Shown: piece after piece, positions 15,905 through 23,805 of the stretch
How positions within the stretch are numbered: the stretch's first letter is position 1
How the letters are laid out: the number at the start of each line of letters is the position of its first letter
Source: Lutibacter sp. B2
GTDB lineage: Bacteria > Bacillota > Clostridia > Peptostreptococcales > Thermotaleaceae
Direction of reading: 5' to 3'
Assembly (NCBI GenBank): GCA_015686845.1
Contig: JADPRS010000006.1
Location: 66,327 to 90,326 of the forward strand
Length of the DNA: 24,000 bases
The notes under the pieces: model-generated
What the model was told of the DNA's origin: nothing
Database searches by the model: none
What the model saw: only the letters and a program-made list of their open reading frames with translations
Translations under genes and position numbers: made by a program

Positions 15905-16470
15905 TATAGGTGGTGCAGTATTCTAGTCAGATCTGTCATTTCTGAAGGCGGGGCTAAAAATTCGTCAAAGGGCACATCGATGAAGTTCCTGGTATTTGCT
16001 GCTGACGCCCAGTCGGGGGTTCATGCTGGGAGTAAGAAGAAGGGGGCGATCCACAATGGCATGTGGGCGATGACCCTCTCTTCGCGGAGACCTCATAGAG
16101 GAATTCTATCTATCTGTGAGGATAAACCTACAATTGTGGTACAATTTGTGCTACGTGTAGCGTAGCCTGCCTTGAGTGGGGTAAGGTGGATAATATGTTC
16201 AGGTATTATATTATAATACTCTTGCAATTCGAAACCTATTCTGCAAAAGAGGCTAGGAAATGATTTGACTGTAGAGGAAAACTCCTAGACTGTTTGAAAG
16301 AAGCATATTGAGGATTACAGTGTAGATTAAGTGGTAATCTAGTCATATTTATGGCAACAGAATATAAAAAGATTTGAAGGGGAACTGCTGATTTGGCGAC
16401 AAACCAGTATCTTTTTGGGAAATCCTACTAGACCTAAACTACAAAATTTACTTAATATGTTACCACTTTA
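15905..16470 (+). ncRNA. ole: OLE (ornate, large, extremophilic) RNA; boundaries approximate
   Basis: The 630-nt gap has no credible ORF. G+C is 37/60 in 16001-16060 and 30/60 in 16061-16120, against 14/60 and 15/60 in flanking coding lines. There are many local hairpins and two nested long-range 5'/3' pairings. The synteny is diagnostic: ispA, then the RNA, then a small four-TM protein gene, then dxs-tlyA-argR-recN. No covariance-model search could be run. Confidence 0.8.
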
Positions 16471-16501
16471 TGAATTATATATAAGATTTTAGGTGATTAA
16501 T

Positions 16502-17098
16502 ATGTCAAAAGTATCAAATGAAGCTACAAATAAAAAAATAAAAAGAATATTCAGATTAAAGAATAAAAAATGGGTAATACTCATTTCTATATGGACCTTT
16601 TTTTTTGCTATTATTATGACTTTCATATCTAATATGTTATTAAAAAATGTAAATCTTATTATTGCATTTTTAATTCTTATGATAATTATTTTAATTGGAA
16701 TAATATCTGATTTAATAGGTATTGCTGTAACAGCAGCTAGAGAAAAGCCTTTTCATTCTATGGCAGCGAAAAAAATTGAAGGGGCTCGTTTTGCTGTAAA
16801 ATTAGTACGCAACGCTGGAGAAGTATCTAATTTTTGTAGTGATGTAATAGGAGATATATGTGGAATAGTAAGTGGTGCCACCGGCGCAATTCTAGTGGTT
16901 AAATTTAGTAAAATCTCCTCTATTCCTACTAGTATATTAAGTATATTTTTAGGAGGATTCATAGCATCAATTACTGTAGGCGGAAAAGCCATAGGTAAAG
17001 AAATAGCGCTTAAAAATTCAAAAGAGATTGTATTTTATGTAGGTAAATCACTATATCATATTCATAAAAAATTAGGTATTAATTTTTTGTCTAAATAA
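16502..17098 (+). CDS. oapA: OLE-associated membrane protein OapA
   Basis: It is a 198-aa, roughly four-TM protein lying immediately 3' of the OLE-like RNA and 5' of dxs. It carries paired motifs ISDLIGIAVTAA and CSDVIGDICGIVSGA. The ATG at 16502 follows the SD aggtga. The GTG at 16493 in the track lies within that SD. Confidence 0.8.
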   Translation: MSKVSNEATNKKIKRIFRLKNKKWVILISIWTFFFAIIMTFISNMLLKNVNLIIAFLILMIIILIGIISDLIGIAVTAAREKPFHSMAAKKIEGARFAVKLVRNAGEVSNFCSDVIGDICGIVSGATGAILVVKFSKISSIPTSILSIFLGGFIASITVGGKAIGKEIALKNSKEIVFYVGKSLYHIHKKLGINFLSK

Positions 17099-17149
17099 AA
17101 AATATTTCCTGTCGATATAGAGAAATACTAGACACTACGAGAAAGAGAG

Positions 17150-19036
17150 ATGGATGAGGTGAATAAATTGCTAACAGATATAAAATCTCCAGATATATGT
17201 AAAAATATAAATGATAAAGAATTGAAGTTATTAGGGGAGGATATTAGGACTTTTCTTCTAGAGAATGTTTCTAAAACAGGAGGACATCTTGCATCGAATT
17301 TGGGCGTTGTTGAATTAAGCTTAGCAATACATAGTATTTTCGATAGTTCAAAGGATCGTATTATATGGGATGTAGGACATCAAACATATGTACATAAAAT
17401 ATTAACAGGAAGAGCGAATCGTTTTGAATCTTTAAGAAAATATAAAGGATTAAGCGGTTTTCCAAAGAGATCTGAAAGTGAACATGATCACTTTGATACA
17501 GGCCACAGTAGTACATCTATATCTGCAGGTTTAGGAATGGCAAAAGCACGAGATTTAAAAAAAGAAAACCATTCTGTTATATCTGTCATTGGTGATGGTG
17601 CACTTACAGGAGGAATGGCTTTTGAAGCATTAAATCATGCAGGACATACAAATACAGAGTTAATTGTTATACTAAATGATAATGAAATGTCTATATCTCA
17701 AAATGTTGGTGCATTATCTAAATATTTAAATAGATTAAGAACCGATCCAAAATATTTTAAAGTTAAAGATGATGTAGAACATTTACTTGCTAAGATTCCA
17801 GCTTTAGGAAAAGCTGTATACAAAACTGCTGAGAAAGCAAAAGATAGTTTGAAATATCTGCTTGTCCCTGGAGCTCTTTTTCATGAATTAGGATTTACTT
17901 ATCTAGGACCTGTAGATGGACATGATATTAAAGAATTAAAACTTGTACTTAAAAGAGCTAAAAATATTAAAGGGCCAACTTTAATACATGTTATTACTCG
18001 AAAAGGTAAGGGTTATAAATATGCAGAAAAAAATCCGGATAAGTTTCATGGAATTGCTCCTTTTGACTTAGAAACTGGAAAAGTAATAACAACTGGAAAG
18101 AAAACCACTGGATATTCTTCTGTATTTGGCGAATCTATAATGGATTTAGCTAAAAAAGATGATAAGGTACTTGCTATTACTGCTGCAATGCCTGATGGAA
18201 CAGGTTTAATGGAATTTGCAAATACCTATCCTAAACGTTTTTTTGATGTTGGAATAGCAGAACAACATGCAGTTACCTTTGCTGCTGGATTAGCAGCTAA
18301 TGGATTCAAACCTTATTTTGCTGTATACTCAACGTTCTTACAAAGAGCATATGATCAAATAATCCATGATGTATGCTTACAAAATTTACCAGTCGTTTTT
18401 TGTATTGATCGTAGCGGATTAGTAGGTAATGATGGTGAAACACATCACGGAGTGTTTGATTTATCATTTTTAATGCATATGCCTAATATGACAATTATGG
18501 CTCCAAAGGATGGAAAAGAACTACAATCCATGTTGAATTTTGCGAATACGTTAGATACGCCTGTGGCAATTAGATATCCTAGAGGTAGTAGTGATGATTT
18601 TACTTCTATAAGCAATGATTATGATGTAGCAAGCAAGACAGCGGAAGTTCTTACTAAAGGAAAGGATGTTTGTATTATTGCATTAGGTAAAATGGTAAGA
18701 ATTGCTTATGAAGTAAGAATGAAATTATTAGATAAAAATATTCATTGTACTATAATTAATGCTAGATTTGCTAAACCGGTAGATGAGAAGACGATTGTTT
18801 CAGAATGTAATAATATAAAAAATATTATAACCTTAGAAGATAACGTTATAAAAGGCGGATTTGGATATGAAATCTTAAATTTATTAAATAAGTATAAACT
18901 GAATTGTAAAAATGTAAAATTATTAGGATTGCCAGATGATTTTATAGAACATGGAAACACAGATGTACTTATGAAAGCTTATGGTTTAGATGTTGAAGGT
19001 GTAACAAAATCTATAGAAGAAATGTTGAATCAATAG
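17150..19036 (+). CDS. dxs: 1-deoxy-D-xylulose-5-phosphate synthase
   Basis: It contains GGHLASNLGVVELSLAIH, DVGHQTYVHKILTGR, GHSSTSISAGLGMA and GDGALTGGMAFEALN (the TPP motif). An alternative start is the TTG at 17168, preceded by the SD gaggtg at 17156-17161. Confidence 0.95.
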   Translation: MDEVNKLLTDIKSPDICKNINDKELKLLGEDIRTFLLENVSKTGGHLASNLGVVELSLAIHSIFDSSKDRIIWDVGHQTYVHKILTGRANRFESLRKYKGLSGFPKRSESEHDHFDTGHSSTSISAGLGMAKARDLKKENHSVISVIGDGALTGGMAFEALNHAGHTNTELIVILNDNEMSISQNVGALSKYLNRLRTDPKYFKVKDDVEHLLAKIPALGKAVYKTAEKAKDSLKYLLVPGALFHELGFTYLGPVDGHDIKELKLVLKRAKNIKGPTLIHVITRKGKGYKYAEKNPDKFHGIAPFDLETGKVITTGKKTTGYSSVFGESIMDLAKKDDKVLAITAAMPDGTGLMEFANTYPKRFFDVGIAEQHAVTFAAGLAANGFKPYFAVYSTFLQRAYDQIIHDVCLQNLPVVFCIDRSGLVGNDGETHHGVFDLSFLMHMPNMTIMAPKDGKELQSMLNFANTLDTPVAIRYPRGSSDDFTSISNDYDVASKTAEVLTKGKDVCIIALGKMVRIAYEVRMKLLDKNIHCTIINARFAKPVDEKTIVSECNNIKNIITLEDNVIKGGFGYEILNLLNKYKLNCKNVKLLGLPDDFIEHGNTDVLMKAYGLDVEGVTKSIEEMLNQ

Positions 19037-19046
19037 GAGAGATTAT

Positions 19047-19862
19047 ATGGGCGTAAAAAATAGATTAGATATAATGCTAACAGAAAAAGGATTTTTTTCA
19101 TCAAGAGAAAAAGCCAAGGGTGCGATCATGGCTGGAATTGTTTTTGTGGATGATCAAAGAATTGATAAAGCAGGTACACAAATTGATGAAGAGCAAAAAA
19201 TTGAAATCAAAGGGAAAACTATGCCTTATGTAAGTAGGGGTGGTCTAAAATTAGAAAAAGCAATGAAAACTTTTAATATAGATTTATCTAATAAAATAGC
19301 TATGGATATAGGTGCCTCTACCGGTGGGTTTACTGATTGTATGCTAAAAAATGGTGCTTCTAAGGTATATGCTGTAGATGTAGGGTATGGTCAATTGGCA
19401 TGGGAATTAAGACAAGATGAGCGTGTGGTAGTTATGGAGAGAACAAATATTAGATATATTGAAAAAGATAAAGTTACAGATATATTAGACTTTGCTTCAA
19501 TTGATGTGTCCTTTATTTCTTTAAAATTAGTATTACCTGTAGCAAAAGACTTAATTAAATTAGGTGGAGAAATTGTATGTTTAATTAAGCCACAATTTGA
19601 AGCAGGTAGAGAAAAGGTTGGAAAAAAAGGCGTAGTGCGAGATATTGAAGTACATAAAGAAGTAATTGAAAATATACTAGTATTTGCAATAGAAAATGAT
19701 TTTACTATAAAGGGAGTATCTTTTTCTCCAGTAAAAGGACCTGAGGGCAATATTGAATATTTAGCCTATTTAAAAAATATCAAATCAGAAGATCTGACGG
19801 ATATTAATGCTTTAATTGAAGATGTAGTTTTAGATTCTTATAATATTCTAAATAAAAGATAA
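19047..19862 (+). CDS. tlyA: TlyA-family rRNA (cytidine-2'-O)-methyltransferase
   Basis: It has an S4-like N-terminus (RLDIMLTEKGFFSSREKAKGAIMAG) and an FtsJ SAM-binding motif (DIGASTGGFTD). The SD is aggaga. Confidence 0.9.
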   Translation: MGVKNRLDIMLTEKGFFSSREKAKGAIMAGIVFVDDQRIDKAGTQIDEEQKIEIKGKTMPYVSRGGLKLEKAMKTFNIDLSNKIAMDIGASTGGFTDCMLKNGASKVYAVDVGYGQLAWELRQDERVVVMERTNIRYIEKDKVTDILDFASIDVSFISLKLVLPVAKDLIKLGGEIVCLIKPQFEAGREKVGKKGVVRDIEVHKEVIENILVFAIENDFTIKGVSFSPVKGPEGNIEYLAYLKNIKSEDLTDINALIEDVVLDSYNILNKR

Positions 19863-19886
19863 CCTAAAATGGTTATCTTTTATTTA
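19851..19886 (+). terminator. Perfect 15-bp hairpin terminator that includes the tlyA stop codon
   Basis: aaataaaagataacc (19851-19865) pairs perfectly with ggttatcttttattt (19872-19886), with a loop of taaaat. The stem is flanked by A- and T-rich sequence, so it looks bidirectional. Confidence 0.75.
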
Positions 19887-19978
19887 GAATATTATAAACC
19901 AATAAAAGTACGAAAGGAAAAAATTGAAAAAGTGTAGAATATGAATATATGAAATAAAGATATAATAGGAGGGTTAAA

Positions 19979-20428
19979 ATGAAATATTCCAGACATGCTA
20001 AAATTTTAGAAATTATAGAAAATAATGAAATTGAAACGCAAGAAGAACTTGCAGAAATGCTTAAGAAAAATAATATTAAAGTAACACAAGCAACCGTATC
20101 AAGAGATATTAAGGAGTTAAGATTAATAAAAGTATTATCAAAAAATGGGACATACAAATATGCAGCTATAAAGCAACAAGAAAACACTGCATCTGAAAGA
20201 TTGGTAAAAGTATTTAAAAATGCTATATTGTCCATTGATCATGCAGGAAATATTGTAGTATTAAGAACTTTAACTGGAGCTGGAAATGCAGCATGTGCAG
20301 CAATAGATGCATTAGGAATCAAAAATATAGTAGGTACAATTGCGGGAGATGATACAATTTTCATACTTGCGAGAACTGAAAATGATATAAATGAAATAGT
20401 TAATAAATTTGAAGAATTGATAAAGTAA
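19979..20428 (+). CDS. argR: Arginine repressor
   Basis: It begins [43 protein letters not shown], a winged-helix domain. The C-terminal [12 protein letters not shown] is part of the arginine-binding oligomerisation domain. The SD is aggaggg. Confidence 0.93.
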   Translation: MKYSRHAKILEIIENNEIETQEELAEMLKKNNIKVTQATVSRDIKELRLIKVLSKNGTYKYAAIKQQENTASERLVKVFKNAILSIDHAGNIVVLRTLTGAGNAACAAIDALGIKNIVGTIAGDDTIFILARTENDINEIVNKFEELIK

Positions 20429-20443
20429 ATCGGAGGTATTAAT

Positions 20444-22159
20444 ATGCTCTTACAGCTAATCATAAATAATTTTGTATTGATAGATAAATTGGATATTCGG
20501 TTTTACCAAGGACTAAATATTCTTACAGGTGAAACGGGTGCTGGTAAATCCATTATTATAAATGCAGTAAACATGGCTCTTGGAGAACGAGCTGATAAAA
20601 ATTTGGTACGAGCTGATGCAGAAAAAGCAACGATTCAAATGGTTTTTAGTACGCAAAATTTAAACCTAATAGAACAATTACGTGAACAAGGAATAGAATT
20701 AATTGATAATGATGTATTAATTATTGTGAGGGAAATTTTTAGCAATGGCAGAAGTTTATGCAGAATTAATGATAGAATGGTTACCGCTTCTTTACTTAAA
20801 GACATTAGTAAATATTTAATTGATATACATGGCCAACATTCACATCAATCACTATTATATCCAGAAAATCATATTGAAATATTAGATTCCTTTAATGAGG
20901 TCAAGATAGATGACTTAAAAAAAGCAGTTAAAAATAACTATACAGAACTAAAAAATTTGAAAAAGAAAGTAAATTCTTTACATGGCGATGAAAATGAAAG
21001 AGAAAGAATAAAAGATTTATTAAAATTTCAAATTGATGAAATTAATAATGCCAATTTAAAACTAGGTGAAGATGAAAAATTATTATCAGAATATAACCTT
21101 TTATCTAATATGGAAAAAATATCAAATGTTATGATGCAGTCTTATGAACAATTATATAATGGAGATAATACTACAATGTCCATTATTGATAGCGTTTCAC
21201 ATATTTCAAATAAGTTAGACTCTATTAAAGAACTAGATTCACCTATTTTAAATATGTATAACACCTTACAAGATTGTTTATTTACAATAGAAGATGTAGC
21301 TAGAGACATTAGAGATTATAACGAAAGAATAGAATTTAGCCCCTCTAGATTAAAAGAAATTGAAAATCGTATAGATATGATAGATAATTTAAAAAGAAAG
21401 TATGGAAAAACCATAGAAGAAGTAACTTCTTATGGAGATAAAATTTGTATACAATTAGAGGAAATTAACAATAGCGAAACCATTATATGTGAATTGAAAG
21501 AAAATATAGATAAAAAGAGTAAAGAATTACTTGATTTATCTTTAGAACTAAGTAAAATCAGAAAATCTATCGCTGTAGAACTTGAGCAAAAAATGGAGAA
21601 TGAATTGAATAGCCTGAACATGAATAACACTAACTTTAAAGTGTATTTTACTGAAAATATTCATGATGAATCCTATGATTTCACAGAAAATGGTATAGAC
21701 AAGGTTGAATTTTTAGTTTCTACAAATAAAGGTGAAGTTCCTAAGCCAGTAGCTAAAACTGCTTCTGGTGGAGAACTATCAAGAATCATGTTAGCATTTA
21801 AAACTATTTTTGCAGATGCGGATAATGCACTAACATTAATATTTGATGAAATAGATACAGGGATCAGTGGTCGTACTGCTGATATTGTAGGTGAAAAATT
21901 AGCTGTTATTTCTAGAAATCATCAAATTTTATGTATCACACATCTTTCTCAAATCGCAAAAATGGCAGATCATCATTTCTATATTGAAAAAGTTTTACAG
22001 GATGACAAAACAATAACGAATATAAAAGAATTAGTTATTGAAGAAAAAATTGTAGAATTAGGAAGATTATTAGGAGGAAATTCACTGACGCAATTAACGT
22101 TAGAACATTCAAAGGAAATGATTTCCATAGGAAACAAATTTAAAAGAAGTTTAAAATAG
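20444..22159 (+). CDS. recN: DNA repair protein RecN
   Basis: It has Walker A GETGAGKSI, a long coiled-coil middle region, the signature SGGELSRIMLA and Walker B LIFDEIDTGISG. Confidence 0.95.
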   Translation: MLLQLIINNFVLIDKLDIRFYQGLNILTGETGAGKSIIINAVNMALGERADKNLVRADAEKATIQMVFSTQNLNLIEQLREQGIELIDNDVLIIVREIFSNGRSLCRINDRMVTASLLKDISKYLIDIHGQHSHQSLLYPENHIEILDSFNEVKIDDLKKAVKNNYTELKNLKKKVNSLHGDENERERIKDLLKFQIDEINNANLKLGEDEKLLSEYNLLSNMEKISNVMMQSYEQLYNGDNTTMSIIDSVSHISNKLDSIKELDSPILNMYNTLQDCLFTIEDVARDIRDYNERIEFSPSRLKEIENRIDMIDNLKRKYGKTIEEVTSYGDKICIQLEEINNSETIICELKENIDKKSKELLDLSLELSKIRKSIAVELEQKMENELNSLNMNNTNFKVYFTENIHDESYDFTENGIDKVEFLVSTNKGEVPKPVAKTASGGELSRIMLAFKTIFADADNALTLIFDEIDTGISGRTADIVGEKLAVISRNHQILCITHLSQIAKMADHHFYIEKVLQDDKTITNIKELVIEEKIVELGRLLGGNSLTQLTLEHSKEMISIGNKFKRSLK

Positions 22160-22167
22160 AAAATTAT

Positions 22168-22199
22168 AAAAAAATAGGTGATAAAAACCTATTTTTTTT
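22168..22199 (+). terminator. Weak AT-rich hairpin terminator after recN
   Basis: The core stem ataggt (22174-22179) pairs with acctat (22187-22192) and is extended by A/T pairs. The loop is gataaaa. The trailing T-run reaches 22199. Confidence 0.5.
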
Positions 22200-22230
22200 A
22201 TTTATAATTATATATTACAATTTTTATAAA

Positions 22231-22260
22231 GAATAATTGATCAACAAAAAGGCCACATTA
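22231..22260 (+). promoter_or_regulatory. Candidate forespore (sigma-G/F type) promoter for spoIVB
   Basis: The sequence is GAATA (22231-22235), an 18-nt spacer, then CACATTA (22254-22260). The remembered consensus is GHATR-N18-CATXHTA. There is one mismatch in the -10. Confidence 0.3.
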
Positions 22261-22330
22261 ATATATATATCACTAAACTATTTTGAACAATTGTATGAAT
22301 GACTTAAGGGGAAAATAGGAGTGATGTTAT

Positions 22331-23611
22331 TTGAGACGGAATAAAAATATTAATTTTTTGTTGCTGTTTTTTATTGTAGGTACATCGTTGTTACTATTTT
22401 CATCCAGTTTGTTTCAGATTTTTGCTTTTCCTAATAAAATCCACATCTTTAAGGATCAGAAACAAATAATAAATATAGGTTTTCCCTTCCAACTTGATTT
22501 AAATAACGAAAAAGATCATGTATTAAACTTATCAAAAAGTATAGAAAAAAACAAAAATAACGCAGTGTGTATTAATCCATTAAAATTAGGAAAAACAAAC
22601 ATCAATTTCAAATTACTAGGTTTATTGCCTATTCGTAGTATTAAAGTAGATGTTATTCCTAAAATCAAAGTTATTCCTGGAGGACAATCAGTAGGTGTTA
22701 AATTAAATACAAAAGGTGTTTTAGTTGTAGGATTAGAAGAGATTAAAGGGATAGATGGTAAGAAGTATAATCCTGCAATTGAAGCGGGATTAGCAATAGG
22801 AGATAGTATATTAGAAATGAATGGACTCAAAATTAAAGATGCTGAACACGTAATTTCTCTAATTAACCAAAATAAGCATCAAACAATGAAAGTTAAAGTT
22901 AAACGAAATGAAAAAATCTTTTACTGTAATATTATTCCTGCCAAATCTATGGATCAAGGAGAATATAAAATTGGATTATGGGTTAGAGATAAAACGGCAG
23001 GAATTGGAACTTTAACTTTTTATCACCCTGAGAGTAAGAAATTTGGAGCTTTAGGTCATGCAATTACAGATATTGATACAGGACTACTACTAACAGTAGA
23101 AAATGGAGAAGTTATAAAATCTAAAGTAGCTTCTGTAAAACAAGGAAAAAGAGGGCAACCTGGAGAAATTAAAGGTATATTCTACGAAACCAGTAAGCCG
23201 ATAGGAACTTTAGAAAAGAATACACATTTTGGTATATATGGACGTATGAATAAATGTATAAATAATGATGTTTATAATAAACCTATTGACATAGCATATC
23301 AAAATCAAATCAAAGTGGGAAAAGCAACTATTCTTACGACCATAGATAATAATAAAATTGAAGAATATGAAGTTTATATCGAAAAGATAAATAGACAACA
23401 TAATGCTAACACTAAAAGCATGATTATAAGAGTAACTGATAAAAGATTGTTGAAAAAAACTGGAGGAATTGTGCAAGGAATGAGCGGGAGTCCAATTATA
23501 CAAAATGGAAAACTAGTTGGTGCAGTAACTCATGTATTTGTAAATAATCCTTCAAAAGGATATGGATTATTTATTGAATGGATGATTAAAGAAGCTAAAA
23601 TTGATTTATAA
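22331..23611 (+). CDS. spoIVB: SpoIVB peptidase (S55 signalling serine protease with a PDZ domain)
   Basis: It has an N-terminal TM segment and a PDZ region (GLAIGDSILEMNG). The S55 motifs are GTLTFYHPESKKFGALGHAI and GMSGSPII. The TTG start at 22331 follows the SD aggagtga. The nearby ATG and GTG are out of frame. Confidence 0.93.
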   Translation: MRRNKNINFLLLFFIVGTSLLLFSSSLFQIFAFPNKIHIFKDQKQIINIGFPFQLDLNNEKDHVLNLSKSIEKNKNNAVCINPLKLGKTNINFKLLGLLPIRSIKVDVIPKIKVIPGGQSVGVKLNTKGVLVVGLEEIKGIDGKKYNPAIEAGLAIGDSILEMNGLKIKDAEHVISLINQNKHQTMKVKVKRNEKIFYCNIIPAKSMDQGEYKIGLWVRDKTAGIGTLTFYHPESKKFGALGHAITDIDTGLLLTVENGEVIKSKVASVKQGKRGQPGEIKGIFYETSKPIGTLEKNTHFGIYGRMNKCINNDVYNKPIDIAYQNQIKVGKATILTTIDNNKIEEYEVYIEKINRQHNANTKSMIIRVTDKRLLKKTGGIVQGMSGSPIIQNGKLVGAVTHVFVNNPSKGYGLFIEWMIKEAKIDL

Positions 23612-23645
23612 TACAAAATCAAAATTGTAAACAAATAAGGCTAAA

Positions 23646-23678
23646 AGAATGCTCAATTATACTTGAGCATTCTTTTTT
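23646..23678 (+). terminator. Rho-independent terminator after spoIVB
   Basis: An 11-bp perfect stem pairs agaatgctcaa (23646-23656) with ttgagcattct (23663-23673). The loop is ttatac and a T-run follows. Confidence 0.8.
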
Positions 23679-23721
23679 CGTATATAAAATAAAAATATAT
23701 ATGAATATTTACAATATAAGA

Positions 23722-23747
23722 AGGAAATGACTTATAATTGTCGAACT
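23722..23747 (+). promoter_or_regulatory. Candidate sigma-H-type spo0A promoter with an overlapping consensus 0A box
   Basis: The sequence is AGGAAAT (23722-23728), a 14-nt spacer, then GAACT (23743-23747). The remembered sigma-H consensus is AGGAWWT-N12-14-RGAAT. An exact TGTCGAA (0A box) lies at 23739-23745. Confidence 0.35.
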
Positions 23748-23805
23748 TATTTAGTAATGATTAATGTACTATATAATTTGTAATAATTTATGGGGGGATA
23801 ATTTC

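Noticed and set aside
15980-16165. A 61-aa + strand ORF (MKFLVFAADAQSGVHAGS...) inside the ispA-dxs gap
   Set aside because: It lies within the G+C-rich structured region. It uses codons such as GCC, CAG, TCG and GGG that are atypical of the surrounding AT-rich genes. It has no family resemblance. The region is better explained as OLE RNA.
15905-16470. Alternative identities for the structured RNA: RNase P RNA, tmRNA, cobalamin or other riboswitch, T-box, group II intron
   Set aside because: I could not find the hallmark motifs. There is no tmRNA tRNA-like end or tag ORF, no B12 box, no T-box specifier or antiterminator sequence, and no intron-encoded protein. The RNA is also too long for a riboswitch. 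The ispA-RNA-membrane protein-dxs synteny points specifically to OLE.
19937-19956. GAATATGAATATATGAAATA upstream of argR, considered as a possible ARG box for autoregulation
   Set aside because: Only the TGAAT-wwww half resembles the ARG-box consensus TGAATwwwwATTCA. The second half-site (GAAAT) does not match, and such A/T repeats are common here.
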